DNA of 64,000 bases from Thermodesulfobacteriota bacterium (lineage in GTDB: Bacteria > Desulfobacterota_D > UBA1144 > Nemesobacterales > Mycalebacteriaceae). Position 1 is the stretch's first letter, and every line of letters begins with the position of its first letter. The stretch lies in the NCBI GenBank assembly GCA_965198945.1, contig CBDAQI010000012.1, positions 42,910 through 106,909 of the forward strand. Direction: 5' to 3'. A program made the translations under genes and the position numbers. The notes under the pieces are model-generated. The model worked only from the letters and a program-made list of their open reading frames with translations. It was not told where the DNA came from and made no database searches. Shown piece by piece: positions 48,444 to 56,744 of this stretch.

Positions 48444-49754
48444 ATGCGAGAACACCAGGACGAAACAAAAAGTCTGAAAAAAGACGCTCTGACGCTTTTT
48501 GCCGGAGGCATGGGCGGGGCGGTTTTTACCGCCATAGAACTTGTTCTTATCGCACGTTTTCTCGGTCTGGAACAGTTTGGTGTGTTCACTCTTGTTTTGT
48601 CTTACGTGACCCTTGTTAATACCTTTATTGATTTCAGAATAAGGGAGGCCTCAGTCAAATATGTCTCGGAGTATTTTGAAAAGGGAGATAGAGAATCCGT
48701 GCTTTCATTTATCAAATTTTTCTATTTGATAGATTTTCTCGGTGGAATTCTGTCGTTTGCAGTCTGCATTGCTCTTGCGGGAATTGCAAATGAATTTTTT
48801 ATTAAATCTGAAAATAGTTTTCAGTATGTTTTCATACTGTCTTTAAGTCTTTTTGTTCTTACCGTCAACCAGAATTCCAACTCCATACTTCAGGCTTTGA
48901 AGAAATTCAGAGAATCCGCTTTTCTTAAAGTCATGGACTCTTTTGTCAGGCTTGTGCTGATTGTGTTTTGTTTCGTTCTGGGATTTGGCTTGAAGGGCTT
49001 TTTTGTCGCCTATGTTGTTGCGGCGGTTATAAATTTTGCCATCCTGCAATTTTATGTAAATAAAATTTTGAAACTTGAGAGGATGAATGGTTGGTTGTCA
49101 TCCAGTATCATGAGAATCAGAGGGAAGATGCGCGAAGTGCTCTGGTTTGTTATGAACATCAATGCGACCGGTTTTGTTTCTTTTTCATTCTCCATACATG
49201 TTCCTATTCTTCTTCTTGGTTATTTTTGGGGCAGTGAGGCATCGGGACTTTACAAAGTTGCAAGAGGAGTGGTTTCCGCGGCAAACAAGATAACGGGACC
49301 CGTTTATTCCGTGCTCTATCCCGCTCTTGTGCGTCTTGAGACAAGAAAATCCTACGAGGAATTTGGGCGTCTCATAATCTATTCAGTCAGGGAAATAATG
49401 AAGTTTTTATTGCCTGTTTGTATTTTTCTTTTTGTATTTGCATATGAATTTATAGAAATTGTTTTCGGTAGCGAGTTCACTCAAGCAGCTGGCGCGATGA
49501 TGGTTTTTGCGGGTGCCGCGGCTTTCGGTAATGTCTGCAAATGGTCGGATTATGCACTGTTGGCCTTTGGAATGCCGGGAGTCAAAACTGTTCTTTCAAT
49601 TTTATTTGCATGCATATCATTGTCATCCATGTTTATTCTTGTGCCTGATTATTCATATCTCGGAGCGGCATGGGCGGCTTTTATAACTGAGTTTTTGACT
49701 ATTTTTGTGGGTGTTTTTGTGTTTGTGCATATTCGCGCAATGGAGAGAAGATAA
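48444..49754 (+). CDS. Polysaccharide flippase (Wzx/MOP-family oligosaccharide flippase)
   Basis: About 12 predicted TM helices. The region is low-GC. The ORF opens at 48324, but the first Met after divergence from asnB is at 48444. Confidence 0.7.
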   Translation: MREHQDETKSLKKDALTLFAGGMGGAVFTAIELVLIARFLGLEQFGVFTLVLSYVTLVNTFIDFRIREASVKYVSEYFEKGDRESVLSFIKFFYLIDFLGGILSFAVCIALAGIANEFFIKSENSFQYVFILSLSLFVLTVNQNSNSILQALKKFRESAFLKVMDSFVRLVLIVFCFVLGFGLKGFFVAYVVAAVINFAILQFYVNKILKLERMNGWLSSSIMRIRGKMREVLWFVMNINATGFVSFSFSIHVPILLLGYFWGSEASGLYKVARGVVSAANKITGPVYSVLYPALVRLETRKSYEEFGRLIIYSVREIMKFLLPVCIFLFVFAYEFIEIVFGSEFTQAAGAMMVFAGAAAFGNVCKWSDYALLAFGMPGVKTVLSILFACISLSSMFILVPDYSYLGAAWAAFITEFLTIFVGVFVFVHIRAMERR

Positions 49755-50662
49755 TGACAAATAATAATTTGCCTTTGGTGAGTGTTATCATTCTTTCGTA
49801 CAACAGAAAGAATTGGTTGAGGCAGAGTTTGGATTCAATATTAGGTCAGGATTACCCAAATATTGAAATAATTGCTTGTGATGATGCTTCCACAGACGGA
49901 AGCCAGGATGTTTTGCGTGAGTATAAAGAGAAAAATTCCCACAGAAGGTTTGTTCTGTCTCTTTCACCTCAAAACGATGGAATCACGGCAAATCAAAACA
50001 AAGGACTTTCTCTTTATCAGGGCAAATATGTTGTTTTCTCTGCGGATGATGACATTATGCTTCCGAGTAAAATTTCCAAGCAAGTTCAATTTATGGAGAA
50101 TGACCCCGACTGTTCAATTTGTTACCACAATATGGAAGTTTTTTATGATAACACAAATAAAATTTTGAAGTTTTTCAACAATAAAAAAAACAGCCACGAA
50201 GGCGGCGTGGAACTTGCTATAAAATACGGGATGTTTTGCGGAGCTCCTTCATGCATGTTCAGGGCTGAAAAAATTCCCGACGATGGCTGCAATCCCATAA
50301 TTACCAATGCGTCTGATTGGCTTCTTGTGATAGAAGTTTTAATAGGGGGAGGCAGTATACGCTACATTGACGAAATTCTTGTGAGATACAGGAGACACAT
50401 TAACGCCGATTCCATGAAAACCTATGACATGAATCCCGGCGATTTGGATACCCTGAATATATGTAACATTTTAATTACAAAATATCCTCATCTTTTCAAT
50501 GAGGCAATTTATGCATATTCAAGATCCCTTGAAAAACTCAGAAATAAAAAAGGAATTAATTATATGTCCGCTCTAATATCCAGCCTGCGACTGAGATTCA
50601 GGCTGAGTGCATTTGTTAGATTGCTTGCCTGTCTTTTTTCATTTGGCAGATTTAAATCTTAA
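49754..50662 (+). CDS. Family 2 glycosyltransferase
   Basis: VSVIILSYNRKNWL...ACDDASTDGS and a DDD motif. The region is low-GC. Confidence 0.85.
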   Translation: MTNNNLPLVSVIILSYNRKNWLRQSLDSILGQDYPNIEIIACDDASTDGSQDVLREYKEKNSHRRFVLSLSPQNDGITANQNKGLSLYQGKYVVFSADDDIMLPSKISKQVQFMENDPDCSICYHNMEVFYDNTNKILKFFNNKKNSHEGGVELAIKYGMFCGAPSCMFRAEKIPDDGCNPIITNASDWLLVIEVLIGGGSIRYIDEILVRYRRHINADSMKTYDMNPGDLDTLNICNILITKYPHLFNEAIYAYSRSLEKLRNKKGINYMSALISSLRLRFRLSAFVRLLACLFSFGRFKS

Positions 50663-50671
50663 AAGACTTTT

Positions 50672-51796
50672 TTATAGACCAACCTTCTCAAAAATTCTCT
50701 GGGATCTTTCCGCCATTTTTTCAATGTTGAAATTTTCCGCGTGTTTTTTTGCGGCCCCGCCCATTTTTTTTGCCGTCACTTTATCCTCAATAAGTCTCAA
50801 TATCGCCCCTGCCATTGCCTTTGGAGAATTCACCGGAACTAAAAGACCGCTTGCGCCGTCTTGAATAATTTCATCCGCTCCGAATGGGTGGTTTGTTGAC
50901 ACAATCGGCATTCCAAGCACGGCGGCTTCAATCAGCGAGTTTGAAAACCCCTCCTGTTCGGACGGGCAGACGAACACATCGCACTTCGCGGTAAATCTGT
51001 GCGGATTTTTTTCCCGTGACAGAAAATCTATTTTGTCAGAGATTCCGATTTCCCGCGCATGAGCCATGAGCTCTTTTTTGGATTTCCCGTCTCCCAGAAC
51101 CAGAAGACGCACGGATTTTTTCTCGTTCACTATTTTCAGCGCTTCAATCAAATCTCCAACCCCTTTGTGAGGCGCAAGGCGGCAGACTGATATTATCAGC
51201 GGCGTTTCCGCTCCAAACCATTTGTGCTCGGCATTTTCACTTGATTTGCTCTCTATTCCTTTTGTGTCTATGCAGTTATAAGCGATTTCGGGAGTCTTTT
51301 TCAGTTTATACATATCCCGAATTTCATCGGCGAGACCTTTTGAATTCGCGGTTATCAAATCCGCATGGCTTACGGCAAGACGGTGCGCAAGAAACAGAAG
51401 CGGATTTGTTTTTTTCAAAAACATTGCTCCGTTTCCCTCACTCCAGACAGTTCTTATTCCAAAAAATTTCCCGATTATAACATTCGGGATTTTCGTCCAA
51501 TGCCTTGAGTAGAGAATGTCCGGTTTTTCTTTTGACACCGAACGTGCAAGGGCGAAAATTCCCCAGATAACCGACAGGAAACGGAACTTTTTAATAAACG
51601 AAGGGTGGCATGGGCTTGCAACTTTGACTGCAGAGTGGATTTCATTGTCAATTTCTCCGCGTTCAAGCGTGAAAATTAAGCACTTTACACCTCTTCTGGA
51701 AAGACCGTTTGCGATTGCAACCGTCTGTTTTTGGGCGCCGCCGAGGCTGAGGTTGGGCAGGGAAAGAAAAACTGAAAAATTTTTTCTGTCACTCAT
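50672..51796 (-). CDS. Family 4 (GT-B, group 1) glycosyltransferase
   Basis: A C-terminal EGFSNSLIEAAVLGMPIVST-type motif (E-x7-E). The protein is 374 aa. Confidence 0.8.
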   Translation of the reverse strand: MSDRKNFSVFLSLPNLSLGGAQKQTVAIANGLSRRGVKCLIFTLERGEIDNEIHSAVKVASPCHPSFIKKFRFLSVIWGIFALARSVSKEKPDILYSRHWTKIPNVIIGKFFGIRTVWSEGNGAMFLKKTNPLLFLAHRLAVSHADLITANSKGLADEIRDMYKLKKTPEIAYNCIDTKGIESKSSENAEHKWFGAETPLIISVCRLAPHKGVGDLIEALKIVNEKKSVRLLVLGDGKSKKELMAHAREIGISDKIDFLSREKNPHRFTAKCDVFVCPSEQEGFSNSLIEAAVLGMPIVSTNHPFGADEIIQDGASGLLVPVNSPKAMAGAILRLIEDKVTAKKMGGAAKKHAENFNIEKMAERSQRIFEKVGL

Positions 51797-51868
51797 AACT
51801 CTTACGGGTCAGAATACTTTTGCGGAAGCGTATTCTTATCAGTCTCAACGGGCAAGCGCTTTGTCCGC

Positions 51869-53122
51869 TCACTCATGTCTCAACGCTTCCACAGGATTCA
51901 TTATTGACGCTTTTCTTGCGGGATAAATTCCGAAGAAAACACCCACAAGGGCGGAAAAACCGCAAGCGACCAAAACCGCTGAAAACGATATTTCAGCGGG
52001 CCAGCCCGTGAACAGAGAGGCGGTTTTTGAGATTGCGGCTCCAAGTATTATTCCCGCAATTCCCCCGACGAGTGAAAGCGTGAGAGATTCAACGAGAAAT
52101 TGCCTCATTATGTCTTTCCGCCTTGCTCCGACAGCCATTCTTATTCCTATCTCCTTTGTCCTTTCGCTGACCGAAACCAGCATTATATTCATAATTCCCA
52201 CACCTCCCACTATAAGAGATATTGACGCGATACTAATAAGCAGAATTTTCAAAATCTGTGTTATTTCGGCTATTCGTTCAAGATTCTGCGAGTTGTTCCT
52301 GATGGCAAAATCATCTTTGTCTTCAGTTCCTATTTTATGATTCTTTCTCAAAACAATGTTAATCTCCGCAATCGCCTCCATTATCCTGTCCGCGCTTCTG
52401 ACCGCAAGAGAGATTTTTTCAATGTTTTTTTCCGAAAGCACTCTTTTTTGCAAGGTTGAATAGGGCATCAGAATTATATCGTCCTGGTCTATTCCGTTCG
52501 GTTTTACTCCGAGTTTCTGCATAGTTCCCACAACCTCACAGGTAAGATTGTCTATTCTTATTTTTCCACCCATCGCAGATAACGTTCCAAACAGTTTTTT
52601 CTCAACGGTTTTACCCACCACACAGACCGGACGCGAATTTTCCGTATCATCGGAACTGAAAAAAGTTCCGCTTACGGGGAACCAATCATTGATAAAAGTA
52701 AAATCCCGCGAAACTCCGACAATTTTTGTGTCCCACTGGTTTTTACCGTAAACGACCGTTTTCTGCGTTCCGATGATTTCAGAAACAAATTCAACACTCG
52801 GCAGCCTCCTTATTGAATCCGCGTCCCGAACGGTAAGGGGTTTGCCGCCCGAAAACCTGAACGGATTCCCGCTCGGACGCACCGTGCTTATAAGCATTGA
52901 TTTCCCGCCCAGGCGCTCAAATTGCTCGCCTATCATCCTGCTCGCCCCTTGAGTTGTGGACACAAGCGACACCACAGCGGCGACTCCGATTATCACTCCG
53001 AGAGAGGTGAGCAACGAGCGGGCTTTGTTTGACATAATTGCCCTGTAGGCGATTGTTAAAGATCTGAAAGGCGGCATGGCTTTTGCCTGATTATAATACA
53101 GAAAAGGGCTTTGCGTCCGCAA
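51869..53122 (-). CDS. ABC transporter permease, MacB/LolE-like (FtsX domain)
   Basis: N-terminal TM, a periplasmic MacB_PCD-like domain and a C-terminal FtsX 3-TM bundle. No adjacent ATPase gene. Confidence 0.75.
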   Translation of the reverse strand: MRTQSPFLYYNQAKAMPPFRSLTIAYRAIMSNKARSLLTSLGVIIGVAAVVSLVSTTQGASRMIGEQFERLGGKSMLISTVRPSGNPFRFSGGKPLTVRDADSIRRLPSVEFVSEIIGTQKTVVYGKNQWDTKIVGVSRDFTFINDWFPVSGTFFSSDDTENSRPVCVVGKTVEKKLFGTLSAMGGKIRIDNLTCEVVGTMQKLGVKPNGIDQDDIILMPYSTLQKRVLSEKNIEKISLAVRSADRIMEAIAEINIVLRKNHKIGTEDKDDFAIRNNSQNLERIAEITQILKILLISIASISLIVGGVGIMNIMLVSVSERTKEIGIRMAVGARRKDIMRQFLVESLTLSLVGGIAGIILGAAISKTASLFTGWPAEISFSAVLVACGFSALVGVFFGIYPARKASIMNPVEALRHE

Positions 53123-53168
53123 ATTTAGAGTTCAGGCGGCAAAAAGCCGCACGTGAGCGGGGCGGCTT

Positions 53169-54761
53169 TCAGTCAAAACTTCTGTAACGCCCCTTTTGAA
53201 TTATCACTACCGCCAGCAGGCGAAGTGCGAGCCCCAGGGCGCACGCCGTTATAAGAAGCATTCCAAGCTCCGAATAGTTCGCTGCGGTTTGTATGATTTG
53301 AGTCGCTCCGTTTCTGATTTCGCGCGTTACGACAAAGATTTCATTCATATATTTTGTTCCGAGGCTGCTTGCCGACAGTGAAATGTTTGAAAATGACGCA
53401 AAGACTGCAAAAAAGGTCGCTTTGAGGTGTTCCGGGGCGTTTTTTGCTATCCATGCAAGCATTGGTATCATCGCCACCTGTCCGAACGGGGATTCAAGAG
53501 CCGTGTTTACGATCGCTATGAACTTTGCATCCACGACTCCGTTTGTGTGTGCGGCGGTCCATTCATGAATTCCGTAAAAAAGCCCGATTCCGGGAAGCGC
53601 CATAACCGCATCAAGAATTGATAAAAACAATATGATGCCCACTATGCTGACCCTGCTCATCAGCGGCAGAGAGACCATCATTCCCACAAGCGTGAAAACG
53701 GAAACTATCAGATACAGATAAGACAGAAATTGCTCGTCAAACCCGAGTTCGTCTATTTGAAACCATCCCTCTCCCGGTCCCACTCCCGGAACGGCACGAA
53801 AAACAAAAATGATCACCGCCGTTCCTATGAGTGTCGCTCGTGATTTGTCCGGCAGTTCGGCAATCAGTTTTCTCATAAGGAAGATGATGATTGCCATTGA
53901 ACCCGCAAAAACTATTTCCTGGGAATAGGCTATTCCCGAAAGTCCCGTTCCGATTGTGAACGCCACAAAAATCATGCTTCCGCCGAGAATCCACCAGTTG
54001 ACCGAAATATTGGAATTTTCTCTTTCCCTGCTTATTCTGCCCTTCCTTTTAAGAAATTCGGCGAAAACAACTCCAATTATGGAGACAAGAGGAATTGCAA
54101 GCGCCATAAGATAGATATTGCCGTAAGTGATGACTTTCTGTTCCTCGCTCAGTTCTGAGACTCCGCTGAAAGCTATGATATTGATTATTGAAACCAGAAC
54201 GGTGCCTCCGATAATCGCTACTCTGCCGAGAGTCTGCATTGTGGTATGCATGGATTTCAGGGTTTTTTCATCAAATTTTTCACCGTTTTCATCTTTTTCG
54301 GGAACTGCCTCAACGGTCATCGCGTCTGCAACCACATCCTGAAGCATGTATCCAACCGGGCTTATAATTACGCTCAGAATAAACCAGCTTGAACCCGACA
54401 TGAACTGTTTCATATAAGCGGTGTGCGCTATCAGACCGTAGACAATCAGAAGTCCCGCCGAAATCAGCGCCGCCCCTAAGAAAATCAGTATGGATTTCCA
54501 GCGCCATATCAGGTCAACAATGTGTCCGATTGGCATTTTCAGAGCCCACGGAAGGCCCGCCCAGAAGCCCAGTCCCGCGAGGAAAGCGGCCGACAGATCA
54601 AGGTAGTCTTTGATAAAAAATGTGCCGACAATTCCGGTAATTCCCGATATTCCGGCCGCCAGATACACCATGAGCGGCGGGATGTAGCTAAGCCGCATCT
54701 GTCTGAAAAGATTTATGAGATCGGTTGCGAAGGATATGAAATTGCGGATTAGTCTATTCAT
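53169..54761 (-). CDS. Folate-biopterin transporter (BT1/FBT family MFS)
   Basis: FIKDYLDLSAAFLAGLGFWAGLPWALKMPIGHIVD matches the BT1-family YLKDDL..LPW.iKP.yG..SD signature. There are about 12 TM helices. Confidence 0.7.
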   Translation of the reverse strand: MNRLIRNFISFATDLINLFRQMRLSYIPPLMVYLAAGISGITGIVGTFFIKDYLDLSAAFLAGLGFWAGLPWALKMPIGHIVDLIWRWKSILIFLGAALISAGLLIVYGLIAHTAYMKQFMSGSSWFILSVIISPVGYMLQDVVADAMTVEAVPEKDENGEKFDEKTLKSMHTTMQTLGRVAIIGGTVLVSIINIIAFSGVSELSEEQKVITYGNIYLMALAIPLVSIIGVVFAEFLKRKGRISRERENSNISVNWWILGGSMIFVAFTIGTGLSGIAYSQEIVFAGSMAIIIFLMRKLIAELPDKSRATLIGTAVIIFVFRAVPGVGPGEGWFQIDELGFDEQFLSYLYLIVSVFTLVGMMVSLPLMSRVSIVGIILFLSILDAVMALPGIGLFYGIHEWTAAHTNGVVDAKFIAIVNTALESPFGQVAMIPMLAWIAKNAPEHLKATFFAVFASFSNISLSASSLGTKYMNEIFVVTREIRNGATQIIQTAANYSELGMLLITACALGLALRLLAVVIIQKGRYRSFD

Positions 54762-55147
54762 TTTTTAGGAAGGCGGGTTTTGAAGCCAAGAGGGTAATTT
54801 ATTGGATGTTTTTTGCAAATTGGCTTGGTAGGAGGGAGTGAAAATTTTCCGTAGTTAAGTTTTTCTTCCTGAAAAGATTTCAGGTTGTGATTTTTTGCCG
54901 ACAATTACATTATGAATACTGGATTCCCGTTTGCAAGGGAATGACGATGGGGAGTTTTTCCCGCAATTCCCATTTTCCCGTCATTTCCGCAAAAGCATGT
55001 CCCCGTGAAAGCTTGTCCTCATGAAAATGGGGACGGCAATTCAGAAGGCATGGGGAGCAAAACATAGCAAGCGGGACACCAAGTCATATTTCACTCAGTT
55101 CAAACAGAAGTATGAACAGGGGGGTGAGCGGAGCCGAACCCCGAAAC

Positions 55148-55447
55148 GTTGTGAATTGAGGGCAGGTTTCAGTCAGTTACAATTCCTTGAGTTGTCCACA
55201 ATTTTCAACACTAGTTGTGAATTGAGGGCAGGTTTCAGTCAGTTACAATCTGGGAGCAAAGCGAATGGGGGGCGAAACAGTTGTGAATTGAGGGCAGGTT
55301 TCAGTCAGTTACAATTCCTTGAGTTGTCCACAATTTTCAACACTAGTTGTGAATTGAGGGCAGGTTTCAGTCAGTTACAATCTGGGAGCAAAGCGAATGG
55401 GGGGCGAAACAGTTGTGAATTGAGGGCAGGTTTCAGTCAGTTACAAT
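55148..55447 (+). CRISPR. CRISPR array with five 36-bp direct repeats (GTTGTGAATTGAGGGCAGGTTTCAGTCAGTTACAAT) and four 30-bp spacers. Spacer 1 equals spacer 3 and spacer 2 equals spacer 4.
   Basis: Repeats lie at 55148-55183, 55214-55249, 55280-55315, 55346-55381 and 55412-55447 and are identical. The spacers are tccttgagttgtccacaattttcaacacta and ctgggagcaaagcgaatggggggcgaaaca, each present twice. The array is adjacent to cas2. Confidence 0.95.
55157..55183 (+). promoter_or_regulatory. Putative repeat-embedded sigma70-like promoter (TTGAGG, 16 nt, TACAAT). It recurs in every CRISPR repeat.
   Basis: Within the repeat, TTGAGG sits at repeat positions 9-14 and TACAAT at 31-36, 16 nt apart. The arrangement resembles the repeat-internal promoters described for Neisseria type II-C arrays. 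Confidence 0.45.
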
Positions 55448-55497
55448 AGCTATCCCTCAAATGCAATGGTGGCAAGGGGTTATGGCTCTCCGGCAAA

Positions 55498-55827
55498 TCA
55501 AAAAAGAGTGATTTGCTGGGGAGTTGTCTCCGCCTTCTTCCGTTTCTTCCCATAAAACACCTGCATTCGTCCGAACTGTTTGTCCGTAATAATAATCACC
55601 CGCACTTCTCCTTGCGGAGGCAGCCACTCTCTCACTCTTCCCGAATGAACAAATGCATTTTCTTCACTTGCGCAATGTCTGGCATATACGGAGAACTGCA
55701 TCATTATAAATCCGTCCCGCATAATATGCTTTCTAAATCTTGCGTAGTCTTTCCGTGCCTTCTTCGTGTCTGTTGGAAGGTCAAACATCACTATTACCCA
55801 CATAGTTCTGTATCCTCCGAAAGCCAT
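55498..55827 (-). CDS. cas2: CRISPR-associated endoribonuclease Cas2 (type II)
   Basis: VIVMFDLPTDTKKARKDYARFRKHIMRDGFIMMQFSVYARH parallels S. pyogenes Cas2 ([39 protein letters not shown]). Confidence 0.92.
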   Translation of the reverse strand: MAFGGYRTMWVIVMFDLPTDTKKARKDYARFRKHIMRDGFIMMQFSVYARHCASEENAFVHSGRVREWLPPQGEVRVIIITDKQFGRMQVFYGKKRKKAETTPQQITLF

Positions 55828-55829
55828 TT

Positions 55830-56738
55830 CTAAACCTCAATTCTCATTTGTCTGTTTTCAATCAGTTCCGGTATTTTCAAACACTCAACCCCTTCTGAAA
55901 AAGCTTTCTTAAGGCTCGCCGCCATATGCTGGTTTGCCACCATCATCGGCAGTTTCTTTCCTTCAAACAGAACATCTTCTGAAAGAAGAGACAGCAATGA
56001 CATTTTTGTTGTAGTATCAATCTCATTTCTCCCATGCTCGTTCAGTTCATAAACACGTCTGTCAACAAGAGGACGCAACGGTTCAATAAGGTCGTCCGCA
56101 AGGCACATCGGGTTATATTGGTTGTGGTGATGAATCCCGAGCGCCGGATGAAGCCCCGTTCCGCACAAAGCACGGGCGACGGATGCTCTGACGATGCTGT
56201 ATCCGTAGTTGAGTAGAGAGTTGATTCCTTCTTCTTTGTAATTTCTGGAAAACTGTTTTCCAAACAGTTTTGACCAGTATACCCTCGCCGCCTGCGCCTC
56301 AATATTTCTCGTGTCACCGCTTAAGACTCTTTTTTTGAATCCGGGAAGAGGGGAGGGGTCTTTTTTGAAAAAAAGCAGTGTCCGAATCTGTGCTTCTGTT
56401 TTGGCAATTATGACTTTCTGCCAGAGTCGTTTTTTTAGAGGTTTTTTGACGCCCGTCTGTAAATTGAGGACTTTGCTGTGGGTTGAATTGCCGGAAAGGG
56501 GTAGCAAAACGGAAACCGGAAGATGGCTCCGGTCACAAAAAACTATTATGCAGTTGTTTTTCTGACATTCGGCTATGAGGCTCTGAGAGATTGAAATTGC
56601 GGGATTGGCAAGTATGAGAATTCCCATGTCTTCTACGGGAATACTGCTTTCTTTTTCACCGTCTTTTTTGATAATCATCTGATAATCTTTCAGATGAAGA
56701 TATGCAGGGTTGCTGACTTCAGTGATTCGCTTGATCAT
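55830..56738 (-). CDS. cas1: CRISPR-associated endonuclease Cas1 (type II)
   Basis: 302 aa. ...VYWSKLFGKQFSRNYKE...NYGYSIVRASVARAL...HHHNQYNPMCLADDLIEPLRPLVD matches the type II Cas1 catalytic core. Confidence 0.92.
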   Translation of the reverse strand: MIKRITEVSNPAYLHLKDYQMIIKKDGEKESSIPVEDMGILILANPAISISQSLIAECQKNNCIIVFCDRSHLPVSVLLPLSGNSTHSKVLNLQTGVKKPLKKRLWQKVIIAKTEAQIRTLLFFKKDPSPLPGFKKRVLSGDTRNIEAQAARVYWSKLFGKQFSRNYKEEGINSLLNYGYSIVRASVARALCGTGLHPALGIHHHNQYNPMCLADDLIEPLRPLVDRRVYELNEHGRNEIDTTTKMSLLSLLSEDVLFEGKKLPMMVANQHMAASLKKAFSEGVECLKIPELIENRQMRIEV

Positions 56739-56744
56739 TATGGA

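Noticed and set aside
55021-55449. 142-aa ORF with the internally repetitive protein sequence CELRAGFSQLQ…
   Set aside because: It is the CRISPR array read in-frame. The repetition comes from the 36-bp repeats and the duplicated spacers.
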